In this document: one piece after another, positions 1 through 14,342 of the stretch
Layout of the letters: the number at the start of each line of letters is the position of its first letter
Numbering within the stretch: the first letter of the stretch is position 1
Origin: Antedon mediterranea
Lineage: Eukaryota > Animalia > Echinodermata
Direction: 5' to 3'
Length of the DNA: 64,000 nucleotides
Assembly (NCBI RefSeq): GCF_964355755.1
Contig: NC_092680.1
Location: 10,850,001-10,914,000, forward strand
Position numbers and translations under genes: made by a program
The notes under the pieces: model-generated
Database searches by the model: none
What the model was told of the DNA's origin: nothing
Seen by the model: only the letters and a program-made list of their open reading frames with translations

Positions 1-869
1 ATACGTCCGCTATAGATGGCGCTTTTTTTCATACAGATAACTACATAAACAGAACACAATTGTTAAAGAATATTAATAATATTAAAGAACCAATTCTTTT
101 AATTATTCCTTGTATAAAAATTGTCCCCATGTATGGCAAGATATTCCTAATTTTATCGTATATCATCTTTAATTGTCTGTACACACGAACCATGTTATCT
201 GTATATTTAAATGATTGTTCACACAATTTATTATATCTTATGTATTTTTATTGTTTTACTAAGTTTTATGATTGAAATGCAGTATAGATAACCAATTCGA
301 TAGTGCTTAGCACTCAAGAAAGGAAATTCCCAGGTTGCTTTGTTGCGTTGTTTGACTGCATGAAAATTTAATAAAATAATTCTGTTCGATCCTTTTCCTT
401 CATCTATATGGCTTGTGTTTTTGTAATTTCTGTGTGCATGCTATACATGTTGGCTTCGTCTATGAATTTGTTACCGATTGGCTATTTCCTTTGATTGTTA
501 ATGAGTTGGTGGTTGGTTACAATCAGGCCTGCATATTATTTTTCAAAATTATAACATTTTAAATTTTGTTGTAAATTGATGCTTTCAATAATGATTGTAG
601 ATCATTTTCACTATTTCCAATGAGAATTATATCGTCGGCCAAGAATGAGTCTTTTTATCAATAAAAAATATTAATCTCTTTCTCTTTGAAATCTTTTGTA
701 AGTTCATTTATATATAATATTAACAGAATTAGAGAGAGAGAGAGAGACAGCCTTTGTGGGTTGAAAAAAATGAATAATGTTCAATATAAATCCAAATTAC
801 TGAAAAAAAGACAATGCTGTGGGTATCAGTGTGGCTGTGGGTATCAGCGGCTTGATCTTAATAAAGATA

Positions 870-1290
870 CAAAATAATATAAACAAAAAGCTAAATCTAA
901 ACGATACAATTTAAACAACTAGACAAAATTAGCAGAGCTTTCGGGCAAAACTAGCCCTTCATCAGTGTGTAGAAATCAAGCGCTGCCTGAGTGGACTGGA
1001 ATAAAAGAAATAAAACAAAAGAGGCATAATGCTGGTGAAAAGAGTGAGATTAGAAAACAATAAAGATAGCTTGGTATATATAAACAATTTAGAAATTGAA
1101 TTAAAAATCAACTCAAATGGTGGTTAATATTGAAACATTAAATTTAGGTAGTCGATGGAATAATTTTACCGATCTGGGAATATGTTCCTAATGTTAAGTC
1201 AAAATATTTCGTGGTTTTAAGTAGTAATTCCAAGTGGTTTTCATGGTCTGCCCTGTCGTGAAAGAACGTCTCAATTGACACATTTTAAAA
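870..1290 (-). mobile_element. Decayed Penelope-like element 3' remnant
   Basis: Reverse complement matches 7160-7460 (e.g. CACTTGGAATTACTACTTAAA, ATTCCAGTCCACTCAGGCAG) and runs into a hammerhead ribozyme core, as Penelope 3' ends do. No intact ORF. Confidence 0.55.
920..972 (-). ncRNA. Minimal type I hammerhead ribozyme
   Basis: Minus strand reads CTGATGA-A-GGGC-TAGTTTT-GCCC-GAAA-GC-TC: canonical core, 4-bp stem II, palindromic AGCT stem III. Stem I is weak. Confidence 0.7.
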
Positions 1291-1460
1291 AAGCTTTTTG
1301 GGCAATTTAGGGAATGATACACCTTGTGGTGCATTCGGATTTTCAATTACTTGCAATTATTGTTCATTCCGGATGATAACAACAAGCACGAATGTGCAAT
1401 ACTCGGGGTACAGCGAAAGAAGCTGTATACAGACGTATACAGTTAGAAAGTAAAGAAAAT

Positions 1461-1532
1461 AGGTTTCGCCAGGGCTCGAACCGGGACCTTCTGCGTGTTA
1501 AGCAGACTTGACAACCACTACACTACGAAATC
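1461..1532 (-). tRNA. tRNA-Val(AAC)-like sequence, probably a pseudogene
   Basis: A box TAGTGTAGTGG, anticodon arm TCTGC-TTAACAC-GCAGA, B box GGTTCGAGCC. Mismatches in the acceptor, D and T stems. Confidence 0.7.
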
Positions 1533-1745
1533 TCTTACATTAAAAATGTGGGTTACAGAAAGTTTTTTAATCCATTTAAATTACAAATAAATGGTAATAA
1601 GCACAAAGCAAAATAAACATGTGTAAAAGTGATAATTACCGATTACACAAAATAAGTATTTTAAAAAATAATAAAAATAAGATATACTCTGTATAATTAT
1701 CATATTGCGTATACAGTACTTTTCACCATAAATTAAAAAAAAAAA

Positions 1746-1818
1746 AGGTTTCGTCCGGGTTCGAACCAGGTACCTTCTGCGTGTTAAGCAAACGTGATAA
1801 CCACTACGCCAAGAATCC
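1746..1818 (-). tRNA. tRNA-Val(AAC)-like pseudogene, second unit
   Basis: GGATTCTTGGCGTAGTGGTTATCACGTTTGCTTAACACGCAGAAGGTACCTGGTTCGAACCCGGACGAAACC followed by an oligo-T run. Acceptor stem imperfect. Confidence 0.65.
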
Positions 1819-2579
1819 GCATATAACCATATAACTACATAACGCTGTGGTGTGTGTCACACATTGTGGCTTCTTAATTAAACAAATTAATTAACAAAAA
1901 ATTAAAAATCCGGCTCTATAGCTTTGAGGACATGTCCCTGTAGTATGTTCATGCCAAATCCCAGCTCAATACTATAACGAATAAGGGAGGAGTAGTACTT
2001 TAAAAATCGCACTTTTTACTCAATAGTGTCCAGATGGAGGAAGAGAAGGAGAAAATGAGTAAGTACTAGACTCGGGTACCCCGAGTAAAAACACGTTTGG
2101 TTGATTATCTGAAAATTATGCAGTATGCAGTTGAGAGGTTATTTCATGACGGGGCAGAAATGTAGGCTAATAATAATTTGTTTTGCACAATGCATGGTTA
2201 ATATTAAACATCTTTTTTATGCGAGTCTTCCTTATTACTTTCATTTAAACGAAACACAATTAAGTCACCTATGTGCGCTCACTTTGCTTTTTCACTTTGC
2301 AATGTTATCGATAACTTTAAACGAAGGGAGCCAACCGAAGCGCACCCGCATCATTTGGACGCAATCATAATGGGTTTTTGGACCGATGTCTTATTAACGT
2401 TCCCTTTTGTAATGAAAATTATGTATAAAGGGTTTTTTTTCGGACCGACATAAAAGTAATTCGAGATTCATGACATTTTTCGTTCTTTAATTTTTAAATG
2501 CCAAGGAGAACTAAAATTAGCAAAAGTATAGTCACGCGAGGGTTTATGAGTGCTATAGGATGCAAGTACAGCACGTTAG

Positions 2580-4440
2580 TAAATCAGGAAAGGTATGGAT
2601 GATTTGTATAATGATATTGTTTGTGCTCTATCTAGTGCCTCCAAAATGTGTTTTAAAAATAAGAAAATAAAAAATGGGACCCACATTCCAGGGTGGAATG
2701 AAAATGTCGCAGAATGCCATAATGTGGCTAGAGAATCATTCCTTCTATGGGTTAATAATGGAAAGCCTAAATCTGGTTCATTATTTGAGGCGATGCGTTT
2801 TAAATGACAAGATCTCAATTTAAAATGAGTTTACGCTAGTGTAAATCAGAAGAAGAACAGCATAGGGCTGATTCTATGGTTAAGTCTTTATTAAACAAGG
2901 CCAACAGCCATTAAGTCGCATGCTAAAATGCATAGTGATACCGGACCGACAGACAAACAGACCGACAGACAGACGGACCGACCGACATAGTGAACTATAC
3001 TGACCGAAATTACTGAACATGTTTAAAAATGTTGAAATGTTTAAAAACATTTATATTTTTTTAATTTACACGTGCGTAGCCTGTCACTTTTGACGTGCTC
3101 GTATAACGTAATTTCGAGTTGAAAAGTAAGTCAAGAAAACAGAAATCGGGCAAAAAGAGTGCGCAATAACATTTAACGCGCAGTGCGCGCACAAAAATCT
3201 GCGCACTCATGGCAATTTTGTAAACGCTTAAAATTTCTTGAAACGTACTTTTATTTCATCGAAAATAAATTTTGAAAATTTTAAGCGCGCGTACGCATGC
3301 GTTACATGCACTACGCACGTAATTGTATTGCCATATGATGATTTATGCCCTGAAATTTATGAGTACCAAATTTTATTTAATTGTGATTCATGGTTGTTAA
3401 GATATGATTACAAACGTGATTTCGTTAAATCGTGCGTAGACCGCGTAATTTTTTATTGCGCACCGTGAAAACATAACCACATCGATTCCTGGCCATAAGG
3501 AATATTCTGTGAAAAATTGACTTAGCTAGATTAAACTGATATCAAGATAAGGTCATAAAGCGATAAAACGCATAGTGATACCGGACCGACAGACAGACAG
3601 ACCGACAGACAGACCGACAGACAGACCGACCGACCGACATAGTGAACTATAGAGTCGCTTCCACGCGACTAAAAATGATTATGCTGATTTGTGGAAAAGG
3701 TTTATAAGTCTAAATCATGTACTCCTGTTCTTACTTCTTCTTTCTTGGAAATTTAAGAAATACTTACAGAATCTTTGGATAATGTTAATGGTGAATATGA
3801 TAATTATAAGTAACCACTGGGCAGCTCATTTTGAGGAGCTGTTTAATTGTGTTCATAATGATAGTAATAAGGATTATGTTCACAGTATACTTGTTAATTG
3901 TAATGATGATTGTGGTTGTGAGGTAAATGTCCAACAGGTAGCGGGCATTATTAAAGATTTATCTAGTGATAAATTGTTCCGATTTTAAAATCTAAATCAG
4001 GTGATATTACGAGTAAAAGCAATTAGGCCTATAGCTTTAGCTAGTGTGGTATCTAAGGTACTAGAATTTGTATTAATTAAATTGTCCGGAGATAGCCTTA
4101 AGTCATCTGACCATCAGTTTGCGTTTAAATCGGGTCACTCCACAGATACATGTATATTAATCTTAAAACAAGTTGTTGCATTTTATAGTCGGCAAAATAG
4201 CCCTGTATATGCTTGCTTTCTTGATGCCTCTAAGGCATATGACAGATTAAATAACTGGACTCTTTTTTAAAAATTGTTAAACAGAAAGATGCCAACCGCA
4301 ATTGTAAAATTGTTATCGTGTTGGTACTCACAGCAACAGTTTTGTATTAAATGGGGAAGATCTATCTCCCGATGGTTCTATGTAAGAAACGGAGTGCGAC
4401 AGGGTGGAATCATGTATCCGTTACTGTATAATGTTTACAT
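2580..4440 (+). pseudogene. Degenerate CR1/L2-group LINE ORF2 (RT), interrupted by a Helentron-like insertion
   Basis: Fragments IPGWNE, RPIALASVVSKVLE, QFAFK, FLDASKAYD, NGVRQGG in the expected order, with many stops and frameshifts. Truncated before the YxDD motif. Confidence 0.85.
2893..3671 (-). mobile_element. Non-autonomous Helentron/DINE-1-like element, family B, copy 1
   Basis: Hairpin end AGTCGCTTCCACGCGACT, two (GACA/GACC)n microsatellite blocks, subterminal repeat AGTCGCATG, AACAAGGCC end. Removing it rejoins the LINE frame (SLL|KNDYADLWK) without a TSD. Confidence 0.8.
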
Positions 4441-7166
4441 TTCCCAAGAACCAGTGGGAATATTAAAAGAAAGCCGATCACGCTTACTAACATCTTTTAA
4501 ACGGAGTTTTGGACGACGATATCAAATGCCTGTTGCCACTGAATTGGACTGTGACTAATTGTTTTTACGTGATATTAGGATTTGTTGCTAAAAATCATAT
4601 ACAGTATAACCAAAGTTAAATATAAACTATGAAATATGAGCCTATGAAACATTTTAATTAACGCTTGAACTTTTTTTAAATTAATGTGATTGTAAATAGG
4701 GGCCTACCTGATTTGTATTAAAATGTTTCTATAATTATCAATTATTCCTTATATTCATCTGAATATAAAACAAAAGTCTACTTCCAAATTGGCAGGGTCG
4801 GAGTCACTATAATGTAATTAGCTACCCCATTTGGACGGAAAATAATAATAATAATAACGTTCAAATTACTAATATAATGTTCAGATACTTTAGTCTAATA
4901 CCACCTCAGCCCGACCATGGGGTTGGTTAGAGCATTTTTTAGGAATATGGACATAGCTTAGATTGCTAGCAATTCCACTATTAACTCTTGATAATATCAC
5001 AGATAAGTTTAAAGTTTTAAAAAACCGCTGATTATAGTTTCAAGCAATAAATAGATAGGACTGGACATGCCCTCTAGAGTAAAACTAGGTAAAACTATAG
5101 GAATCCATCCCAAAAACGTATTGGATTTGTTTCCGTTTAAAAAACTTTTCATTTACAATAATTTTTAGTTCATACATTAAATGCCAAGGAAAACTAAATT
5201 TAGCAATATTATTTGTTTAGGGGTGCAAATAAAAGTGAAAACTATAGACAAGATGTAAAGTAGTCTAATGTACCGTTTCTTCGATAATCTTAATTTTACC
5301 TATACCTATACTTTTATTCAGACATTCCGGATTTTTAATCCTCTCAAAAATAATGTTAGCTAAAAGTAAGAGTGCATTGCCTGGTCTATATTCCTGAAAA
5401 AAGTTTTGTCGTCTCTCGATTTTATGATGCTGTGTCCGATTCTATAAATACGTTTTATATTAACACTGGCAGCATTTATCTATATTAACGAACACATGCC
5501 TTTTTACTTTCCGTACTTTTGAACCTTCTGAACATAGTCTGGTTATACTGAGATTGTTTATCTAATTGAATTCGTATCATATATTACGTAATATTAGGAT
5601 ATATTGCTAAAAATCAAGAAGTAAATAATTGTTCGGGTTGAGTGCTATAGGATAGAATTACAGTTATGAAAAATGTAACGAACAATACACTTTAGAAGTT
5701 GTTTGAATCCCATCTAGTCTACACGCTTTAAACTATTTTAATTTGATCGTAAATACCTATATTCGTGTCATTGATATTACACGATTGCGACATGAATTTT
5801 CATCAAAGTATCATACATTAAAAGTGATGCTGGTGATTGTAAATGAAAGCTCTTTTAAATGGCAACCATATACCATACGTTTCTTATAGACCTAATCCGT
5901 TAGAAAATTAAAATACTTTTAAAACTTTTAATTTGCATCTCCTATTTAGGCATCAACACTTATTGTGTGTTGTCCCTTAGATGGAAACCAGGCAATCTAG
6001 CACCAAAATAATTTCGTAATTATATACTGTAGGCCTAGTGTATATATTAATAAAAATCACTCGAATAATTACAATACAAGTTATTGCCTATTCCCTATCG
6101 AAGTTCAAAGTTCTTCTGTATGACTAAGATACAGTCACTAAAGGCAATATTGTATGTATGTTACCTATTAAATACAAGCCCGTACTTCATCATTCAACAT
6201 AATTAATCATTTCGCCATGCAAACTTCGAAGTGTTTTTTTGTATACTTTACTAAGTACTTTCCATGTATTTTAAATAGTCAATTAAGCTAAGAATATAGA
6301 GCACCGTGTTTTTATAGGTTCAGCTTTTAAATGTGTCTCGTTGTGTGCTTTGCATCTGTTTAAAAAAAAAATCGTCACATTTGTCTTAGCTTTCGGAGTC
6401 AAAAATCTCGAATGACTTTTATGTCGGTCGAACAAATTTATTATGATGAACTCGTATGTTGATTCTCTCTCTCGGACAACATCTTTATAAAACTGGCTAA
6501 TCGTATCTCAGCGGTATCAGGTCGGCTGTCTTCGTTTTGCTTCTAGATATCGCATTAAGCTATTAGTAGGCCTACCTGACATAACCGAGCTATCAAAAAG
6601 CGAACTTCAATCACAGAGGTGACTTATTTGTCCCAAATTTAGTTGAGAATGTTTTAAGGCCTAAACGAATTATTATTACAAAATTTAGTGGGCCTATATT
6701 ATAAAGTGATTGGTTTAATGAAATTAATAACAAAGACTCGAATTAAAAAGTACAGTATAATTAATCATGCACGTGTAAAACAAATTATTATATTAGCCTA
6801 TATTTTAATGGCAACACTTTTCCAATACGTGCTTAAATTGGCTTTGCTTGTTGCTTCATAGAAAATCATAACCAATTAATTGTCTAACCAAAAATGTCAT
6901 TTATCTCATACACTGTAATATTTGTAGTGAGTGGTAGAAACCAAAACACTCTCCGTATGAGAATGACACAGAGATCAGCTATAAAAACATTAAAGTTTTT
7001 CTGTAACCGAAATGTTAATTCAACCTACTTGCAGAAATCGCACAGGACTTTTAATGTAGTCCTGTTGCTTTCAAAAGTCATGTCGCAATCGTTTAATATC
7101 TTATATCAATGACACGAACACATTAGGTTGTCAAATGGAGCGACAAAACTCGCAAAGACAAAAAAA

Positions 7167-10100
7167 CACTTGGAATTACTACTTAAAGCCACAAAACTGT
7201 TTGATCTTAACATTAACATACTCCCAGATCAGTAAAATTATTCCACCGACTACCTAAGTTTAAGGTTCAATATTAACCACCATTTGAGTTGCTTTTTTTT
7301 AGATACAATCCTAATTGTTTATATCTACCAAGCTATCTTCATTGTTTTCAGCTTGTGCCTTGATCCTTTGTTTTTATTTCTTTATTCCAGTCCACTCAGG
7401 CAGTGCTTGTTTGCTTCATATTCTCAATTTTGTTCTTTCACTTATAAAGGGCTAGTGGATTTATATTTAAATGTTTTTTTTAATTTTCTGTTTTTTAACT
7501 CACATAATGTCTAAAAGATCGCAATAATAATGAAGCTTTTGAAATGGATGTAAAATATTCATATTCTCAATTTTGTAAAAGCACTTCCACTGATATAGTA
7601 TATTATCCTATTAATTAAATATGACAAGTTGTACAGGTAGTTTCAGTTTTTATTTTCTATTGTTTTTGTATATTTTTTTTTTAAAGTAATTGTGTTGCTT
7701 AAATCATGGAGGTATAAACATATTTTGATATGCTTAAATGTTGTATGTGTGCCACTGTTAAATATGTGTTGCTCCAAATAAATATTATTATATTATTATT
7801 ACAAGGTACAGTATTCATTTCTGAAAATTATATACATAAAAGATGATTTGATCATACAGGAAATTGTTTGAAGATAGAATTTAAAGTTTAGATTTAACTT
7901 GTTTTAAAGATTTAATGTGGCTATACTTTGATATATTATAAACGAATTTAACAAAACTCTTTGAAATTTATAATTCTATTGAGCCTATATGCGTGGTACG
8001 GTCACTGTTACTCTTTATTCATTGATTTAAAATTCAGGTTAGACTTTTAATTAGAAAGAAATAAACACACCAGGGTTAAAAGGGTTAAATGATCCATAAT
8101 TAAGCGATATATCTACACTGTGAGACACAAAATGCTTTCATAAAATTACACATTTATACCTTTGCTTAATAATAATATTTTATAATAATTCATTTTAACG
8201 GCACTACGCCTACACGATGATCATGGGTAGCTAATGGCATGGGGCTCCGACCCTGTATGCCACTTTTGGAAGTGTTTATATTGATGTTGCAAACAATTTC
8301 ATTATCAAAATTTATATGTAGAAGACAAAACTGATTAATTAGTGTGCATGATGCATATAAGAAGTAATTACTGAAAACTATCATTGTAGTACATTTTTTA
8401 TAGTATTAGTAGTACTTTATAGTATAAAGGGTGTATAAAGTTGTGCCTTTTTCAAGCATGATTTGAGTGATAGTTGTTTTTGGGGTTGGCAATTATTGCG
8501 ACAAAATTGTAATGTCCTTGACGTTATTAATGCCTAATTTCCGTGACAGAGATAAACCCTTATATCAATAACATATCATTGGGGTTTTTTTTTATCTAAT
8601 GTGATATAAAGGGATAATCGCAGAAACAGCACAGAACTCCGAATTCCTAAAAATGCTCTAAACATTAGTCCCAATCATAGTCGAGCTGACGTGGGTTTGG
8701 ACTTCCAAATATACACAACCTTAAATTACCACTAAATTTCAAAAACGTTGCGCCGGTTCTGAATATTATATCTAATCTGAATGATATAGGCCTAAATGAA
8801 TAATATTGATACTTGCAGAAACCGCAAAGAACGTTCAATGTATTGCATTCAAAAGACATGTCACATTCGTGTAATATCTTATATCAATGACACGAACATA
8901 TTAGGTTGTCAAAAGACAAAAAAAACTTGGAATTACTACTTAAAGCCACAAAACTGTTTGATCTTAACATTAACATACTCCCAGATCAGTAAAATTATTC
9001 CATCGACTACCTAAGTTTAAGGTTCAATATTAACCACCATTTGAGTTGCTTTTTTTTAGATACAATCCTAATTGTTTATATCTACCAAGCTATCTTCATT
9101 GTTTTCAGCTTGTGCCTTGATCCTTTGTTTTTATTTCTTTATTCCAGTCCACTCAGGCAGTGCTTGTTTGCTTCATATTCTCAATTTTGTTCTTTCACTT
9201 ATAAAGGGCTAGTGGATTTATATTTAAATGTTTTTTTAATTTTCTGTTTTTTAACTCACATAATGTCTAAAAGATCGCAATAATAATGAAGCTTTTGAAA
9301 TGGATGTAAAATATTCATATTCTCAATTTTGTAAAAGCACTTCCACTGATATAGTATATTATCCTATTAATTAAATATGACAAGTTGTACAGGTAGTTTC
9401 AGTTTTTATTTTCTATTGTTTTTGTATATTTTTTTTTTAAAGTAATTGTGTTGCTTAAATCATGGAGGTATAAACATATTTTGATATGCTTAAATGTTGT
9501 ATGTGTGCCACTGTTAAATATGTGTTGCTCCAAATAAATATTATTATATTATTATTACAAGGTACAGTATTCATTTCTGAAAATTATATACATAAAAGAT
9601 GATTTGATCATACAGGAAATTGTTTGAAGATAGAATTTAAAGTTTAGATTTAACTTGTTTTAAAGATTTAATGTGGCTATACTTTGATATATTATAAACG
9701 AATTTAACAAAACTCTTTGAAATTTATAATTCTATTGAGCCTATATGCGTGGTACGGTCACTGTTACTCTTTATTCATTGATTTAAAATTCAGGTTAGAC
9801 TTTTAATTAGAAAGAAATAAACACACCAGGGTTAAAAGGGTTAAATGATCCATAATTAAGCGATATATCTACACTGTGAGACACAAAATGCTTTCATAAA
9901 ATTACACATTTATACCTTTGCTTAATAATAATATTTTATAATAATTCATTTTAACGGCACTACGCCTACACGATGATCATGGGTAGCTAATGGCATGGGG
10001 CTCCGACCCTGTATGCCACTTTTGGAAGTGTTTATATTGATGTTGCAAACAATTTCATTATCAAAATTTATATGTAGAAGACAAAACTGATTAATTAGTG

Positions 10101-13100
10101 TGCATGATGCATATAAGAAGTAATTACTGAAAACTATCATTGTAGTACATTTTTTATAGTATTAGTAGTACTTTATAGTATAAAGGGTGTATAAAGTTGT
10201 GCCTTTTTCAAGCATGATTTGAGTGATAGTTGTTTTTGGGGTTGGCAATTATTGCGACAAAATTGTAATGTCCTTGACGTTATTAATGCCTAATTTCCGT
10301 GACAGAGATAAACCCTTATATCAATAACATATCATTGGGGTTTTTTTTTTATCTAATGTGATATAAAGGGATAATCGCAGAAACAGCACAGAACTCCGAA
10401 TTCCTAAAAATGCTCTAAACATTAGTCCCAATCATAGTCGAGCTGACGTGGGTTTGGACTTCCAAATATACACAACCTTAAATTACCACTAAATTTCAAA
10501 AACGTTGCGCCGGTTCTGAATATTATATCTAATCTGAATGATATAGGCCTAAATGAATAATACTGATACTTGCAGAAACCGCAAAGAACGTTCAATGTAT
10601 TGCATTCAAAAGACATGTCACATTCGTGTAATATCTTATATCAATGACACGAACATATTAGGTTGTCAAAAGACAAAAAAAACTTGGAATTACTACTTAA
10701 AGCCACAAAACTGTTTGATCTTAACATTAACATACTCCCAGATCAGTAAAATTATTCCATCGACTACCTAAGTTTAAGGTTCAATATTAACCACCATTTG
10801 AGTTGCTTTTTTTTAGATACAATCCTAATTGTTTATATCTACCAAGCTATCTTCATTGTTTTCAGCTTGTGCCTTGATCCTTTGTTTGTATTTCTTTATT
10901 CCAGTCCACTCAGGCAGTGCTTGTTTGCTTCATATTCTCAATTTTGTTCTTTCACTTATAAAGGGCTAGTGGATTTATATTTAAATGTTTTTTTAATTTT
11001 CTGTTTTTTAACTCACATAATGTCTAAAAGATCGCAATAATAATGAAGCTTTTGAAATGGATGTAAAATATTCATATTCTCAATTTTGTAAAAGCACTTC
11101 CACTGATATAGTATATTATCCTATTAATTAAATATGACAAGTTGTACAGGTAGTTTCAGTTTTTATTTTCTATTGTTTTTGTATATTTTTTTTTTAAAGT
11201 AATTGTGTTGCTTAAATCATGGAGGTATAAACATATTTTGATATGCTTAAATGTTGTATGTGTGCCACTGTTAAATATGTGTTGCTCCAAATAAATATTA
11301 TTATATTATTATTACAAGGTACAGTATTCATTTCTGAAAATTATATACATAAAAGATGATTTGATCATACAGGAAATTGTTTGAAGATAGAATTTAAAGT
11401 TTAGATTTAACTTGTTTTAAAGATTTAATGTGGCTATACTCTGATATATTATAAACGAATTTAACAAAACTCTTTGAAATTTATAATTCTATTGAGCCTA
11501 TATGCGTGGTACGGTCACTGTTACTCTTTATTCATTGATTTAAAATTCAGGTTAGACTTTTAATTAGAAAGAAATAAACACACCAGGGTTAAAAGGGTTA
11601 AATGATCCATAATTAAGCGATATATCTACACTGTGAGACACAAAATGCTTTCATAAAATTACACATTTATACCTTTGCTTAATAATAATATTTTATAATA
11701 ATTCATTTTAACGGCACTACGCCTACACGATGATCATGGGTAGCTAATGGCATGGGGCTCCGACCCTGTATGCCACTTTTGGAAGTGTTTATATTGATGT
11801 TGCAAACAATTTCATTATCAAAATTTATATGTAGAAGACAAAACTGATTAATTAGTGTGCATGATGCATATAAGAAGTAATTACTGAAAACTATCATTGT
11901 AGTACATTTTTTATAGTATTAGTAGTACTTTATAGTATAAAGGGTGTATAAAGTTGTGCCTTTTTCAAGCATGATTTGAGTGATAGTTGTTTTTGGGGTT
12001 GGCAATTATTGCGACAAAATTGTAATGTCCTTGACGTTATTAATGCCTAATTTCCGTGACAGAGATAAACCCTTATATCAATAACATATCATTGGGTTTT
12101 TTTTTATCTAATGTGATATAAAGGGATAATCGCAGAAACAGCACAGAACTCCGAATTCCTAAAAATGCTCTAAACATTAGTCCCAATCATAGTCGAGCTG
12201 ACGTGGGTTTGGACTTCCAAATATACACAACCTTAAATTACCACTAAATTTCAAAAACGTTGCGCCGGTTCTGAATATTATATCTAATCTGAATGATATA
12301 GGCCTAAATGAATAATATTGATACTTGCAGAAACCGCAAAGAACGTTCAATGTATTGCATTCAAAAGACATGTCACATTCGTGTAATATCTTATATCAAT
12401 GACACGAACATATTAGGTTGTCAAAAGACAAAAAAAACTTGGAATTACTACTTAAAGCCACAAAACTGTTTGATCTTAACATTAACATACTCCCAGATCA
12501 GTAAAATTATTCCATCGACTACCTAAGTTTAAGGTTCAATATTAACCACCATTTGAGTTGCTTTTTTTTAGATACAATCCTAATTGTTTATATCTACCAA
12601 GCTATCTTCATTGTTTTCAGCTTGTGCCTTGATCCTTTGTTTTTATTTCTTTATTCCAGTCCACTCAGGCAGTGCTTGTTTGCTTCATATTCTCAATTTT
12701 GTTCTTTCACTTATAAAGGGCTAGTGGATTTATATTTAAATGTTTTTTTTAATTTTCTGTTTTTTAACTCACATAATGTCTAAAAGATCGCAATAATAAT
12801 GAAGCTTTTGAAATGGATGTAAAATATTCATATTCTCAATTTTGTAAAAGCACTTCCACTGATATAGTATATTATCCTATTAATTAAATATGACAAGTTG
12901 TACAGGTAGTTTCAGTTTTTATTTTCTATTGTTTTTGTATATTTTTTTTTTAAAGTAATTGTGTTGCTTAAATCATGGAGGTATAAACATATTTTGATAT
13001 GCTTAAATGTTGTATGTGTGCCACTGTTAAATATGTGTTGCTCCAAATAAATATTATTATATTATTATTACAAGGTACAGTATTCATTTCTGAAAATTAT

Positions 13101-14342
13101 ATACATAAAAGATGATTTGATCATACAGGAAATTGTTTGAAGATAGAATTTAAAGTTTAGATTTAACTTGTTTTAAAGATTTAATGTGGCTATACTCTGA
13201 TATATTATAAACGAATTTAACAAAACTCTTTGAAATTTATAATTCTATTGAGCCTATATGCGTGGTACGGTCACTGTTACTCTTTATTCATTGATTTAAA
13301 ATTCAGGTTAGACTTTTAATTAGAAAGAAATAAACACACCAGGGTTAAAAGGGTTAAATGATCCATAATTAAGCGATATATCTACACTGTGAGACACAAA
13401 ATGCTTTCATAAAATTACACATTTATACCTTTGCTTAATAATAATATTTTATAATAATTCATTTTAACGGCACTACGCCTACATGATGATCATGGGTAGC
13501 TAATGGCATGGGGCTCCGACCCTGTATGCCACTTTTGGAAGTGTTTATATTGATGTTGCAAACAATTTCATTATCAAAATTTATATGTAGAAGACAAAAC
13601 TGATTAATTAGTGTGCATGATGCATATAAGAAGTAATTACTGAAAACTATCATTGTAGTACATTTTTTATAGTATTAGTAGTACTTTATAGTATAAAGGG
13701 TGTATAAAGTTGTGCCTTTTTCAAGCATGATTTGAGTGATAGTTGTTTTTGGGGTTGGCAATTATTGCGACAAAATTGTAATGTCCTTGACGTTATTAAT
13801 GCCTAATTTCCGTGACAGAGATAAACCCTTATATCAATAACATATCATTGGGTTTTTTTTTATCTAATGTGATATAAAGGGATAATCGCAGAAACAGCAC
13901 AGAACTCCGAATTCCTAAAAATGCTCTAAACATTAGTCCCAATCATAGTCGAGCTGACGTGGGTTTGGACTTCCAAATATACACAACCTTAAATTACCAC
14001 TAAATTTCAAAAACGTTGCGCCGGTTCTGAATATTATATCTAATCTGAATGATATAGGCCTAAATGAATAATATTGATACTTGCAGAAACCGCAAAGAAC
14101 GTTCAATGTATTGCATTCAAAAGACATGTCACATTCGTGTAATATCTTATATCAATGACACGAACATATTAGGTTGTCAAAAGACAAAAAAAACTTGGAA
14201 TTACTACTTAAAGCCACAAAACTGTTTGATCTTAACATTAACATACTCCCAGATCAGTAAAATTATTCCATCGACTACCTAAGTTTAAGGTTCAATATTA
14301 ACCACCATTTGAGTTGCTTTTTTTTAGATGCAATCCTAATTG
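7167..14342. repeat. Tandem array of a ~1756-bp unit (4 full copies plus a partial one)
   Basis: The same short ORFs recur at 7284/9041/10798/12553 and 8796/10553/12308/14064. Copies differ mainly in homopolymer length and a few substitutions. Confidence 0.97.

Larger units (their letters stand above)
1381..2088 (-). mobile_element. Non-autonomous Helentron/DINE-1-like element, family A, copy 1 (two tRNA-Val-like units)
   Basis: Palindromic end ACTCGGGTACCCCGAGT; matching subterminal inverted repeat ACTCGGGGTAC next to a GCACGAATGTGC hairpin and an AACAAG end. Near-identical copies at 34832 and 37022. No TSD seen. Confidence 0.8.

Noticed and set aside
2490-5665. Short shared motifs (AAATGCCAAGG at ~2496/5179; GAGTGCTATAGGAT at ~2548/5640)
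   Set aside because: Too short and diverged to define an element; probably an old local duplication.
7439-7460. Active hammerhead in each 1.76-kb unit
   Set aside because: The core is mutated (CTTATAA) and the stem II 3' strand and GAAA are missing.
7284-14282. Repeated 64-80-aa ORFs as a tandem gene family
   Set aside because: Chance frames copied with the 1.76-kb unit; no recognisable domain.
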